A stretch of DNA of 64,000 nt from Octopus sinensis (taxonomy: Eukaryota): positions 18,414,001-18,478,000 of the forward strand of contig NC_043021.1 of NCBI RefSeq assembly GCF_006345805.1, read 5' to 3'. How positions within the stretch are numbered: position 1 is the first letter of the stretch; each line of letters begins with the position of its first letter. Below the pieces are notes generated by a model that searched no databases, was not told the origin of the DNA, and was given only the letters and a program-made list of their open reading frames with translations. Shown here piece by piece: positions 1-13,358 of this stretch. A program made the translations under genes and the position numbers.

Positions 1-214
1 TTAAACCGGCCATATCCGGCCAAAAGTATTCTGCCTGTTTTATGTTCAAACTGACCAGATCTGGTCTCTCACACCAACCCTACAATATTGTTTTAAAAAT
101 TTACAGCTACCTCATCAAAATCTCATTGCTACAAGATAATGCATGATTAATTCAAAACAATGTGGATGAAGAAGCATTGATTTTGGCAGAATAATGTGAA
201 CACTAAAGGGTTAA
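1..214. mobile_element. piggyBac-like TTAA MITE, family P2 (left end outside the window)
   Basis: Ends CTAAAGGG-TTAA; very similar to the complete copy at 59863-60083. Confidence 0.8.
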
Positions 215-709
215 AGAATGGAGAAAATTTGGAGACCAAAACAAATATTTTCCCCCTTGGCTGGCTGGCCGGTTGGTTGGTTGGTTGGTTGGTTGTTGGT
301 TGGCTGTGCAAGAAATCTCAATCAGTGCAGACCATGACTAAGATCCAAGGTTGTGATTTATACTCAACATGGAGAACTTAAGCATCGATAGTCACAGTAT
401 TTAATATTTAATCATCTCGTGTTTAATCTCTGCAACCAGGGGGGTGGGGTGGGGGAGACCGATCCATTTTTTTTTTTTAGTAGTATGGCCTATAATTAGA
501 CATATGGATAGTCCTCGCCAATATCGACAGACAGTTTAAGACGGTGATGATGACAAGGATATTGATGTAGAATTATAGAATTATAGGAATTTCTGCATTG
601 CACTTTTGTCTCCGATCAATGAGTGTGAGTGTGTGTGTATTATTTTATTTTTTTTTTATTTTATCTAGTTTCAGCTCACGAGCTGTGGCCATGCTGGGGC
701 ACCGCCATT

Positions 710-935
710 ATGTGTGTGTGTGTTTGTGTGTCTGTGTTTGTCCCCCTAGCATTGCTTGACAACCGATGCTGGTGTGTTTTATGTCCCCGTCACTTAGCGG
801 TTCGGCAAAAGAGACCGATAGAATAAGTACTGGGCTTACAAAAGAATAAGTCCCGGGGTCGAGTTGCTCGACTAAAGGCAGTGCTCCAGCATGGCTGCAG
901 TCAACTGACTGAAACAAGTAAAAGAGTGAAGAGTA
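710..935 (+). mobile_element. SINE family A, 3' half
   Basis: Matches the 3' half of full copies such as 24862-25235. Confidence 0.8.
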
Positions 936-1053
936 AAAGAGTATATATACTGGAGTAAACACATAAATGTGAAACAAGGTGGAAAAAAGAGTACTCAAAT
1001 ACCAGTGGTAGAGTAATATGCTTTATTTAAAGCAGCAGAAAATTCAACAAAAC

Positions 1054-1091
1054 CTGTTACTCTGAGTTTCACGTTGCCGTTCCTCGGACAG
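1054..1091 (-). ncRNA. Minimal type-I hammerhead-like ribozyme motif (U4C variant) in a Penelope-like remnant (about 945-1093)
   Basis: Minus strand reads CTGT-CCGAGGA-ACG-GCAA-CGT-GAAA-CTC-A-GAG-TA-ACAG; stems I, II and III all pair; an AATAAA lies downstream on the same strand. Confidence 0.55.
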
Positions 1092-1134
1092 TTATATATA
1101 TATATATATATATATATATACTATATATATATAT

Positions 1135-1210
<76 letters not shown>

Positions 1211-1659
1211 TGTATGTATATGTAATATTGGGTAATTCCATCTCTGCAACAAGGATCTCCGATGAAAATCAAGAAACATAATGCAGATGTTAAATCAACA
1301 ATATAAGAAAACTAAGAATCATTACAATCATGATGATGATGATGATGTTGTGGTGGTGGTGGTGGTGGTAATGATGATGATGATGATCTCTGAGATGCTA
1401 GAGAAATAGATAGTTGATCAGTGGAAGAAGTTAAAAGACTTGTTGTGTTGCAGTAAAGGTCAAGTGAGTAAAGATATGTCAACAGAGGAATTATGGCTGG
1501 ATGCACCACTGCTAACATGCCACCCCCCACCCCCACCCCTTCTTCTAGGCCTTACCATTCTCTCAATAGGGTGCTTTACTGTCTTTACTTTCACATGTAT
1601 TCATGTGTGGGTGGCTATTGTGGGCAGTAAATGCTAGTTGTCTGTCTAATTCCATGTAT

Positions 1660-2073
1660 ACTCTTTTTACTCTTTTACTTGTTTCAGTCATTTGACTACG
1701 GCCATGCTGGAGCACCTCCTTTAGCCGAGCAAATCGACCCCCACGACTTATTCTTTGTAAGCCTAGTACTTATTCTATCGGTATCTTTTGCCGAACCACT
1801 AAGTTACGGGGACATAAACACACCAACATCGGTTGTCAAGCAATGTTGGGAGGCAGGGGGACAAACACAGACACATAAACATATACACACACGTACTTAT
1901 TTATATATACGAGGGGCTTCTTTAAGTTTCCATCTACCAAATCCACTCACAAGGCTTTGGTCAGCCCGAGGCTATAGTAGAAGACACTTGTCCAAGGTGC
2001 CACATAGTAGGACTGAACCCGGAGCTATGTTGTTCGTAAGCAAGCTACTTACCACACAGCCACTCCTACGCCT
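1660..2073 (-). mobile_element. tRNA-derived SINE family A, full length
   Basis: Reverse complement has A box TGGCTGTGTGG, B-box-like GGTTCAGTCC, internal CA/TA tract and GTAAAAGA tail; many copies in the window. Confidence 0.9.
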
Positions 2074-2596
2074 ATAAATATTATTTTAAGAAATTTGGTG
2101 ATTCTTTTTGTCCTGTAAGCCATTTACCATTTCTGTGGTACCCACTTTCTTTGATGCTCTAAGCACTTGCTTATTTTGCTTAATGGTTAACCCAGCCTGC
2201 TTTACTGTAAACCTTCAGATCAGATACCTTGTTCTTGCGAATATTGAAGCCAGGCAACCATCTCACCTGTCTTGGAGTGTCAACAACAATCATAGAGACA
2301 ATCCACCAACTGCTGAATAGCAAATGTAGTTAATGTTTAACTTTAGGTCAACTGTTGAGTAAAGATTATGTCCATTCTTTGACCCTCCAGATGAATTATG
2401 AGTCCTGATTTTGCCCATTCACCTGCAAGTCTTGGAAGTTCTATGAAAGAGTCATGGGTGACTGCCCTTCTTTGGTTTAGCCATAAACCACCCCAGTTGA
2501 TTGGTTGCCTTCAAACCCTAAATATCAACCTCCCATCTAGAGGTAACTGGTTATCCTCAACCCTCTCTCAACTTTTCATATGGAAGTAACATGTTT

Positions 2597-3154
2597 GGAT
2601 CTTTTCCTTTTGAACGGCAGATGTCAACACAATTTCCACGTAACTAAACACTTTTAAACATCGTATACTGGTAGAATGTATTTATAAAACATCATTTTCT
2701 CTTGGTTTTATTGAGAAAACTCTATAGTTTGTAAGATATTTCGTCTGAAAATCCGAGCATTTCGGCAATTTTAACCAATCGATTACCTCCATTCAACTAA
2801 AATCATTTGCTGCATCTAAAACTGAGACAACATCCTGTAACTAACCCTAACCCTAATTTTTTTTTCTTAATTGTTAAATTAATTTAATTCCATTGCTTTA
2901 GTTTTTTTTACACGCGTAACAATTAAATTAATTTAACAATTAAGAAAAAAAAATTAGGGTTAGTTACAGGATGTCTCAGTTTTAGACGCAGCAAATGATT
3001 TTAGCTCAAAAGAGAGCATAGGATTGGTTAAGATTCGAAAAATTAAACTACGTTAAACAAACGAATTACAATTTTCTCAAGAAAGCCAAGAGAAAAAAAT
3101 GTTTTATTTGGACACATTCTACCGTTCTGTCTGCCGTTCAAAAGGAACAGATCC
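2597..3154. mobile_element. Foldback MITE (Merlin-like ends) with internal TTAGGG repeats
   Basis: TIR GGATCTTTTCCTTTTGAACGGCAG / CTGCCGTTCAAAAGGAACAGATCC; perfect 8-bp TSD ACATGTTT (2589-2596, 3155-3162); arms are imperfectly complementary along most of the length. Confidence 0.85.
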
Positions 3155-3953
3155 ACATGTTTTCCCTCAAACCCTCTTTCATCTTCGTTATAGAGGCAAC
3201 AAGTTGCCCTCAATTCCTCAACAGCAACCACCCTTTGTGATGGTAAACATTTGTCTTCAAATTACCAAGTTCGGGTTGTCAGGAATGGTAAAACCCTGTA
3301 CTCTGTTCTCAGTTCTTGTATTTGGTTGGATGCTCCTCCTAACGCCAACCACTTTTGCAGAGTGTGCTTGGTGTGACCCTTCGTGGCACCAGCATTAGTT
3401 TCCATGTAACTTGCACTAAAGTGTCTCCTAAACTGTGTGAGAATGTTGTAGGGAGGGTCAAGTACGACAGATGGGACAGGACCGGGGTTTGTTGCTGTAG
3501 AGAAGATAGAGGGTTACCTGGCATTATATGAGGGTTGGTGCTATTAATTAGGGTGTCGCTGGAAAGTGAGATAAAGTGGTAACAAGGTGTCAGGGTGTAC
3601 CCTCGACGTACGGACAGGTGAGGTCAGAAGGTCAGAAAGGGTGAATGGGGAGGGAGGGAAGTGAGAGATGAGGGTAGGGGTGGTTGATGGTAACTGTGAT
3701 GGGAAATGAATGAACTTCACATCCCATTGTTCCTCTCTCTCTCTAATTTTCAGAATTCAGTTAAATTTATTTTATCTAGTTTCAGCTCACGAGCTATGGC
3801 CATGCTGGGGCACACGATTTAATAGAATGGCAACGTTACTGTGTGCAAATAAGGAAACGTTTGTTTTGCTCCAAGTCTGCTTTGAGGAAGCGCACGTATG
3901 GTCAAAAGCGTTCCAACCGTAACCGTCGTCTTTATATATATATATATATATAT

Positions 3954-4583
3954 CATAGGGCTTGCGACAGCTCGTCTTGCTAGAAATAATAGCCAATTTG
4001 CCCTCAGATAACACCACACTGCCTTAGATTTAGATGTCTTCACATAGAAGCTCCATCGTTGGTTCGAAAGATGGTAGATGATAGAGTTTAACAACAACAA
4101 ACAAACAAACAAACAAAAAAAAAACCGGTATCAATTTTGGCGCCGTCAGACTTCCATAGTTCCACTGGTGTAATATTAGGATGAAAAAAAAATATATTTG
4201 TTTTGGAAAGAGCGGGAGAACTGTAACGACAGATTTAGAGAGAGAGAGAGAGAGAGAGGTGGGGGGGAGAGATCTAAGCAGGAGAGCAATGACAAAATAT
4301 TAAATTGTTACGTCTCTACAGAAGGCTATAAGCAGCACATTCCGACATTGTGTGTGTGTGTATCGCAAAGTAGATATATTTTCTTCATTGGGGGGAGGGG
4401 GATGACATTGGAAATTCGTTATATCCGTTCAGTTTTATTTCACGAAGGCACTGATCATAGTACATGAGTAGAGTTAATCCCCAGTTAATTGTAATAACAC
4501 TCTGTTTGTGTAAATGAGATAAATCAGACGAATTGGTTAAGGTGTGCCTTGTGAGTTTCATGCATATTCAATCACTTCCCCAT

Positions 4584-4615
<32 letters not shown>

Positions 4616-4636
4616 ATATATATATATATATAGACG

Positions 4637-4678
<42 letters not shown>

Positions 4679-5894
4679 CGGATAGATAGATAGACAGATA
4701 GACAGACGGATAGATAGATAGATAGATAGATAGACGGACGGATAGAGAGATATATAGATAGATGGATAGATAGACGGATAGATAGATAGACAGATAGACA
4801 GACGGATAGATAGACAGACGGATAGATAGATAGACGGACGGACGGATAGAGAGAACGATAGATAGATAGATAGATAGACAGACGGATGGATGGATAGATA
4901 GATAGATAGATAGATACATAGATAGACAAATAGATAGACGGATAGACAGACAAATGGATAGATAGTTAGATAGATAGATAGACAAACAGATAGACAGATA
5001 GACGGATAGATAGATAGATGTATATATGTATGGGTGGGGAGAAAGAGGGAAGGAGGGACGTCCATAAATGGTCGATAGAAGGATCTAAACAGCAGATGGT
5101 GTGTGAGAAAGAAAGAGATAAGTTATAATAAACGGAAAGAAAGAAGAAAGCAGTAAAAACTATAGTGTCGTAGAAAAAGCAACCCATTGTACACACAGAC
5201 GCGTCTTGTGTGTGTATGTGTGTATATCTATCTATCTATCTATCTATAATATATATATATATATATCATAGGGCTTGCGACAGCTCGTCTTGCTAGAAAT
5301 AATAGCCAATTTGCCCTCAGATAACACCACACTGCCTTAGATTTAGATGTCTTCACATAGAAGCTCCATCGTTGGTTCGAAAGATGGTAGATGATAGAGT
5401 TTAACAACAACAAACAAACAAACAAACAAAAAAAAAACCGGTATCAATTTTGGCGCCGTCAGACTTCCATAGTTCACTGGGTGTAATATTAGGATGAAAA
5501 AAAAATATATTTGTTTTGGAAAGAGCGGGAGAACTGTAACGACAGATTTAGAGAGAGAGAGAGAGAGAGAGGTGGGGGAGAGATCTAAGCAGGAGAGCAA
5601 TGACAAAATATTAAATTGTTACGTCTCTACAGAAGGCTATAAGCAGCACATTCCGACATTGTGTGTGTGTGTATCGCAAAGTAGATATATTTTCTTCATT
5701 GGGGGGAGGGGGATGACATTGGAAATTCGTTATATCCGTTCAGTTTTATTTCACGAAGGCACTGATCATAGTACATGAGTAGAGTTAATCCCCAGTTAAT
5801 TGTAATAACACTCTGTTTGTGTAAATGAGATAAATCAGACGAATTGGTTAAGGTGTGCCTTGTGAGTTTCATGCATATTCAATCACTTCCCCAT

Positions 5895-5941
<47 letters not shown>

Positions 5942-5942
5942 G

Positions 5943-5980
<38 letters not shown>

Positions 5981-6570
5981 CGGATAGATAGATAGACAGA
6001 TAGACAGACGGATAGATAGATAGATAGATAGATAGACGGACGGATAGAGAGATATATAGATAGATGGATAGATAGACGGATAGATAGATAGACAGATAGA
6101 CAGACGGATAGATAGACAGACGGATAGATAGATAGACGGACGGACGGATAGAGAGAACGATAGATAGATAGATAGATAGACAGACGGATGGATGGATAGA
6201 TAGATAGATAGATAGATACATAGATAGACAAATAGATAGAACGGATAGACAGACAAATGGATAGATAGTTAGATAGATAGATAGACAAACAGGATAGACA
6301 GATAGACGATAGATAGATAGATGTATATATGTATGGGTGGGGAGAAAGAGGGAAGGAGGGACGTCCATAAATGGTCGATAGAAGGATCTAAACAGCAGAT
6401 GGTGTGTGAGAAAGAAAGAGATAAGTTATAATAAACGGAAAGAAAGAAGAAAGCAGTAAAAACTATAGTGTCGTAGAAAAAGCAACCCATTGTACACACA
6501 GACGCGTCTTTGTGTGTGTATGTGTGTATATCTATCTATCTATCTATCTATAATATATATATATAACCTA
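3954..6570. repeat. Tandem duplication, 2 x about 1.31 kb, each with a compound (GATA/GACA/GGAT)n tract
   Basis: catagggcttgcgacag at 3954 and 5267; copies differ mainly by small indels and repeat-length changes. Confidence 0.95.
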
Positions 6571-6901
6571 TATATATATATATACATCCACACCCATATG
6601 TATTTACAAAAACACAATAAGAGAAATTGCGCGCCTGCTGATTGAGACCCAGTGGCCTCCCTTCGTATTTACTATACTTACTAGTACTACTACTACTAAG
6701 TAATAATAGTAGTAGTAGTTGTTGTTACACAAGTGTTGTTGTTGTTGTTGTTATTGCTGCTGCTGTAATACATCGTCTGCACGATCGCTACTCCTCTTCC
6801 TTCGCCTCACTCCGCCTTCGTCTTTCTCACTGCTTTTAGCATCATCAATCAAGTCTGCCGAAAAAAAAAAAGGAAAAACATAGGAAGAACCGGAGAGAGA
6901 C

Positions 6902-6966
6902 ATGGGCAAAGTGTGTTCTAAGAAATTTATTCCGATCGCTAAAACGAAAGGTTCCAAGACTATCAG
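6902..6966 (+). CDS. INPP5K: Inositol polyphosphate 5-phosphatase (INPP5K/J-like), coding exon 1: MGKVCSKKFIPIAKTKGSKTI(R)
   Basis: ATG in good context (gagacATGG); in-frame TAG 7 codons upstream (6881-6883); donor AG|gtgag; phase 2 joins exon 2 to give R-IYLCTWNV. Confidence 0.75.
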
Positions 6967-7109
6967 GTGAGTTCTATCGTTTCACAAGTTGAATGTTAGG
7001 CAAAGACACTGTGTATATGTGTGTGTATATATGTGGTGATGTACTTTTCTCTCTCTGTCTGTGTCTTTCTTTCTGTGTCTTTCTCGGTGTGTCACAAATA
7101 TACACACTC

Positions 7110-7140
<31 letters not shown>

Positions 7141-7370
7141 AATATATGTATATATATATCCGTGTGATGTGTATTTACGTTTCTGTATCCGTCTGGCTCT
7201 CTTCGTATTTCGGGGAAGGTCTGTTGTACAGCCAAACCTATTGGCTTCAATAAATCGATCACTATAGTTATGTATGTGACTCATTGCATGCAATACATAC
7301 ATATATATATATTATATATATAATATATATATATATATATATGGCAAAAACGAAAGATTGCCTGTATGTG

Positions 7371-7405
<35 letters not shown>

Positions 7406-7406
7406 G

Positions 7407-7449
<43 letters not shown>

Positions 7450-7507
7450 ATATATATGTATGTATATATATATATGTATGTATATATATATAATATGTAT
7501 GTATATA

Positions 7508-7630
7508 TATTTCTTTACTACTCACAAGGGGCTAAACATAGAGGGGACAAACAAGGACAGACAAAGGGATTAAGTCGATTACATCGACCCAGTGTGAAAC
7601 TGGTACTTTCTTTATCGACCCCAAGAGGAT
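7508..7630 (-). mobile_element. SINE family B, 5'-truncated
   Basis: Reverse complement of the family-B 3' end; flanked by the direct repeat atatggcaaaaacgaaagat. Confidence 0.8.
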
Positions 7631-7811
7631 ATGGCAAAAACGAAAGATCGCCTATATATATATATATACATATATATATATGCATGCATTCGCATCCATA
7701 CACATGTGTGGGTGTCATGTTTCCGTGTACGTTTGTCTTTTTATATAAATACTCTTCGTGCGTCTGTAGTATGTCAGCATCTATGAATTTATATGAATTG
7801 ATGCGTTAATG

Positions 7812-7856
<45 letters not shown>

Positions 7857-8088
7857 GCGCTGTCTCTGTGTTTCGAAAGAAAATTATAACTATATATATA
7901 TGTGTGTGTGTGTAGCAGTCTTAGTTTTTCTCTGTGTCTATATTTTCAACCCCTGACCGTTTCCTTCACGTTGTTCCCACCCTAGTCTTTCTTAATCACC
8001 CGTTCCTGTAATAAATATGTCAAATACATGTATTATGGAATCGTAAATACACGCATTCGTATACACTCATAGCTGTATATAAATATAA

Positions 8089-8126
<38 letters not shown>

Positions 8127-8360
8127 CACTCCCGGTCGAATAATTACACAAACCCCCCCTAATCAACAGACGTCATATACGTGCATATATATAAACACAT
8201 CCAAAATATATATACACACAAGCATGTATTAATAAGCAAATGGATCTTCGATTATTCGATTAACCGAACTGTTCATTGAATTATATAATGCAAGTGGTTG
8301 AATATTCCACTGACATGTGGACCGTTAACGTGGTTTTACGACAGAATCATACAGATACAG

Positions 8361-8612
8361 TGTGTGTGTGTGTGCATGTATGTATGTATGTATGTATGTA
8401 TTTATGTATGCATTTATGTATGTAAATATGTATGTATGCATGTATGTATTTATGTATGTATGTATGTATTTATGTATGTATTTATGTATGTATGTATGTA
8501 TGCATGTATGTATGTATGTATGTATGTATGTATGTATTTATGTATGTATGTATGTATGTATGCATGTATGTATTTATGTATGTATGCATGTATGTATGTA
8601 TGTATTTGTGTA
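8361..8612. repeat. (TATG)n microsatellite
   Basis: Direct inspection. Confidence 0.95.
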
Positions 8613-9044
8613 TAATGCGGTTGTACCTATGAATTCCAACTCCTGCAGCCCTTAAGACGGATTTCCGCTGTTTCTGTTTAACCCAACTTTATTCGTGTGG
8701 TGTGGGTTTACCCCAAAGCAAGGGTAGAAAATACCCGCTCAAGATTCATGCTCAGTGGGTTTGAACTGGAGACCTCATGATTCTGAAATGAACTTGTTAA
8801 CCTCTCAGAATGGCATTTATACGGAAACATGCACACACACACACACACACACACACAGAGTCGTGGAAAACAATAGGAAGGGCATGCATGCATATACATA
8901 TATACATAGATTTCTATACACACATACATATACACAAGCACACACGAACATACATGAACGGAGGCATGCATATATATACATATGCAAGAATAGGTACATA
9001 CATACATTCATACACATGCATGCATATATACATATACACATACA

Positions 9045-9109
<65 letters not shown>

Positions 9110-9819
9110 TATACATACACGCAGGCATACATACATTCTAACACATAGACAGGTATACATACACACAGGGATATATTCATACACATATACGCATATATAC
9201 GTACACGCATGCATACATACACACGTATACATATATACATTAACACACATACATACACATACATGTATGCATACATACACACACAGACACACATATATGG
9301 ACTCATGAGCCACACCTTAAAACTGTTATTTGAACTAAGATTGAATTTCCTATTTGTGTATCAAATGCTTCTTACCGCCGCCGCCACCACTACCACCATC
9401 ACCACCACCGTCATCACCGCTGTCATCATCACCGGCAACATAATTATCAAAACTATCTTTAGCATTATCAATACTATCGTCACTCCCACCCCCACCGTCC
9501 TCTCCATCCTCCTCACCATCATCACCACAACCACCATCACCACCATTTGTAAGGTGTGGGTAAACTTGGCACTTACCTGAAGGTTCTCACCTGACTATGG
9601 TCTCCAATAGTTATTCATTTCTGCTGTGGTTTTATATGTAGGGGTACCAGTGCATTGTTTTGCGCATGGAGGGTATCTATAGGACTGCTCAACTGGTCCC
9701 AGCACCACCATCATCATCATCATCATCATGAAACTGAAATCTTGTTCCTTTCTCTATACAAGACCTATATGTATATCAACACACACATACACACACACAC
9801 ATCTATATGTATACATAAT

Positions 9820-10140
9820 TGGCACTCTGTCAGTTACGAGGACGAGTGTTCCAGTTGATCCAACCAACAGAACAGCCTGCCTGTGAAATTAACCTGAAAG
9901 TGGCTGAGCACTCCACAGACACCACACATATCCTTAACATAGTTCTCAATGAGATTCAGCGTGGCACAGAATGCGACAAAGCTAGCCTTTTGATATACGA
10001 GTAGAACTCATTTTAGCCAGCTGAGTGGACTGGAGCAATGTGGAACAAAGTGTCTTGCTCAAGGACACCATGTGTTACTGCAAATCGAACTCGTGACCTT
10101 GTTATTACGAACCAAACCCCCTGACCACCAACCCACACAC
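9820..10140 (-). mobile_element. SINE family C (CORE-like central segment), diverged
   Basis: Contains the reverse complement of tgtccttgagcaagacac...gctccagtccactcagctg; homologous to 31930-33220 and 36040-36415. Confidence 0.75.
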
Positions 10141-10147
10141 CTCAATT

Positions 10148-10783
10148 TTAATCCCTTAGCTTTCCGATTACTCGGTCACATGTAATCCTTATTTATTTCA
10201 CATTGTTTCCTATTAATCTTGTCTTATCTTGTAGCTTTGACATTTTGATGCTCTGATTGTTTAGTTTTTGAAAGACATTGTAGAGTAGGTGTGAGAAGCC
10301 GAATCTAGCTAGTTTACTCTTTTACTCTTTTACTTGTTTCAGTCATTTGACTGCGGCCATGCTGGAGCACCGCCTTTAATCGAGCAACTCGACCCCGGGA
10401 CTTATTCTTTTGTAAGCCCAGTACTTATTCTATCGGTCTCTTTTGCCGAACCGCTAAGTAACGGGGACATAAACACACCAGCATCGGTTGTCAAGCAATG
10501 CTAGGGGACAAACACACACACGCATATATATATATATACATATATACGATGGGCTTCTTTCAGTTTCCGTCTACCAAATCCACTCACAAGGCTTTGGTCG
10601 GCCCGAGGCTATAGTAGAAGACACTTGCCCAAGGTGCCACGCAGTGGGACTGAACCCAGAACCATGTGGTTGGTAAACAAGCTAATTACCACACAGCCAC
10701 TCCTGTGCCTATCGCAATGGTTTGAATATAAAACAGGTAGATATTTGGGGTCGGATTCAACTGGTTTAAATGCCAAAGACTTA
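10148..10783. mobile_element. Diverged P2 MITE interrupted by a SINE A copy (10316-10710, minus strand)
   Basis: Sequence on both sides of the SINE is collinear with the reverse complement of MITE 59863-60083. Confidence 0.7.
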
Positions 10784-11192
10784 TACACAGACATAAGCAT
10801 TTGACCTATGAGTTCATTTGTAGGTCTTGAGTTCAAAATGTTTGTGGGTCAGAACTCTAGATTTTTAGATGCCACATTTTCACCTGGCTGTCATTGGTGG
10901 ATGTTGTGTCCTATCCAGGGGAATATGTGTTCATATCACTTCATGAAACCAGAGGAGGTAAACATGATTGACTTGTAAAAAATAAGAAAAAGCCTTCCTT
11001 GGATGCAAGGGAGGACGAGGAAACCTCAAGAGAATGAAACAGGAAACCATTGCAATAAATATTCTAACAGTTTCACTCACATACAGCCTTGAACTATCAG
11101 ACACGTACACACAAGCATTCCAGTACACACACACACACACACACACCACACACACACATACACACACACACACATACACACACACACATACA

Positions 11193-11232
<40 letters not shown>

Positions 11233-11235
11233 ACA

Positions 11236-11267
<32 letters not shown>

Positions 11268-11479
11268 TTCTGTCCGTCTGTCTGTCTGTTTCTCTGTCTC
11301 TGTCTCCTAAACACGAACACCTGTACATTTATATCGAAACTCTCAAGACATATATACCTTCTATTCTATACAATGTGTGTGTGTGTGTGTGTGCACCCTG
11401 TTGCTAAGTAACTTTCTGTTGCCATGACATTAATATTGACAGCTAAGTGGTAAATTATTACATCCTATCTCCCTCTTCC

Positions 11480-11529
<50 letters not shown>

Positions 11530-12104
11530 GTTTACTGTTTCATGCTTTCATATGTTTGTTTATATAAGGTGAGATAGCCTTCTTCCTCTCTCTTTCTTAT
11601 ATATACACATACATATTGCATACATATATATGTATGTGTGTGTGTGTGTGGAGGGAGTGTATGATAGATAAATTTGCATATTTCATATGCATGTCAAGTT
11701 GAGCATAAGTATATTCACACACACACACACACACCACTGTAAACAGGAAGTTTTAAAGCAATTTCTCAATACTAAAATGGTGAAAAAATATCAGGTTTTT
11801 TGTGGGGAGAAACTGAAAAGTTTAAAAATTGTGACTACAACTTACTTATTGGCCAATCTTCAGATGAATTAACACCCCCCCACACACACACACATATACA
11901 CACACACACGTATCTGGTGGCATAAAAGAAACAAACATTCTGAGACGCACCTATTCTCAGCAACGCATATTCAGGAAAAAGACAGGTTCTAGTATTACTC
12001 TGTCACTTCTCGTTGTTTTAAAATTAATCATACATATATGGTGGTGCCCCAGCATGGCCACAGCTCGTGAGCTGAAACTAGATAAAATAATTAAAAGAAA
12101 AAAA

Positions 12105-12265
12105 TTTTTTTAATCTTGTTGCTTCAGGATTTTGATCTCGTGATTGTTTACTTTTGTAACGACATTGCAGGGTTGGTGCGAGAGGCCAGATCCGGCTCGT
12201 TTGAACATAGAACAAAAGTAGAACTGTTGGTTTGGACACGGTTGGTTTATATGCTGAAGGGTTAA
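12105..12265. mobile_element. Partial diverged P2 MITE
   Basis: Ends GGG-TTAA; aligns with the reverse complement of 1-214. Confidence 0.6.
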
Positions 12266-12321
12266 CACGCATGATATAGGCCCTCGACTTCACATGTGGC
12301 ACTCGGGGTTATTTTTGGAGA

Positions 12322-12552
12322 TCGAGCTGGCAGAAACGTTAGCACGTTGGACAAAATGCAATGCGTAGCCGTATTTCGTGTGCCGTTACATTCTGGGTTC
12401 AAATTCCACCGAGGTCGACTTTGCCTTTCATCTTTTCGAGGTTGATAAATTAAGTACCAGTTACGCACTGGGGTCGATGTAATCGACTTAATTCGTTTGT
12501 CTGTCCTTGTTTGTCCCCTCTATGTTTAGCCCCTTGTGGATAATAAAGAAAC
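12322..12552 (+). mobile_element. tRNA-derived SINE family B
   Basis: gagctggcagaaacgttagc head, gttcaaattcc B box, gactttgcctttcatc central block, taaagaaa tail. Confidence 0.9.
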
Positions 12553-12849
12553 ATATCTTTGGAAAAAAAAGCATCTATGCCATCAAATATGGTGTGTGTG
12601 TGTGTTTGTGTAAACGGTACAGTTATGGTTGACTGGTTCTGAAGTTTGCTCATCCACAATTGTGAAATGCTGAAATTCGATCCCACTACGGCATATCTCT
12701 ACCTCACCTTAAGGTTGACCTTTCCTTCCCCCCCCCCACATTCCTAGCTTTCTTAGTAAAAACTCAGGGAGTGAAGTGTCACTCAAGATGGAATCAAGTG
12801 TTACTTATCGCTTGTCCTCTGAATTACATATATGTCATTGTATCATGTG

Positions 12850-12883
<34 letters not shown>

Positions 12884-12942
12884 TGTTCTTATGTCATTAT
12901 GTATGTGTTTGTATGCCATATGTATTATATGTTATACATATG

Positions 12943-12978
<36 letters not shown>

Positions 12979-13325
12979 ACCTTACACAGAAAAATCAAAC
13001 CTCATATTTTGATAAACTACATCTGATACTGATCAAGGTCACTGCATATATCATCACCATCATCATCATCATCATCATTATTATCATTGTTTAACATCTG
13101 CTTTCCATGCTGGCATGGGTTGGACAGTTTGACTAAGGGCTGGTACTCAATTTATCGACCCCCCGAATGGACGAAAGGCAAAGTCGACCTCAGCGGAATT
13201 TGAACTCAGAACATAACAGCAGACGAAATATCTCAGTTCTTTCTTCCCTTCTGTCCCCTACTCTAAGTTGGCCCCATCAACTGCTTCATGTTATATAATA
13301 CTTCTGTTTTCATTATAACCAGTTT

Positions 13326-13358
<33 letters not shown>

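Noticed and set aside
4558-6368. Multiple minus-strand ORFs rich in SIYL
   Set aside because: (GATA)n microsatellite translations
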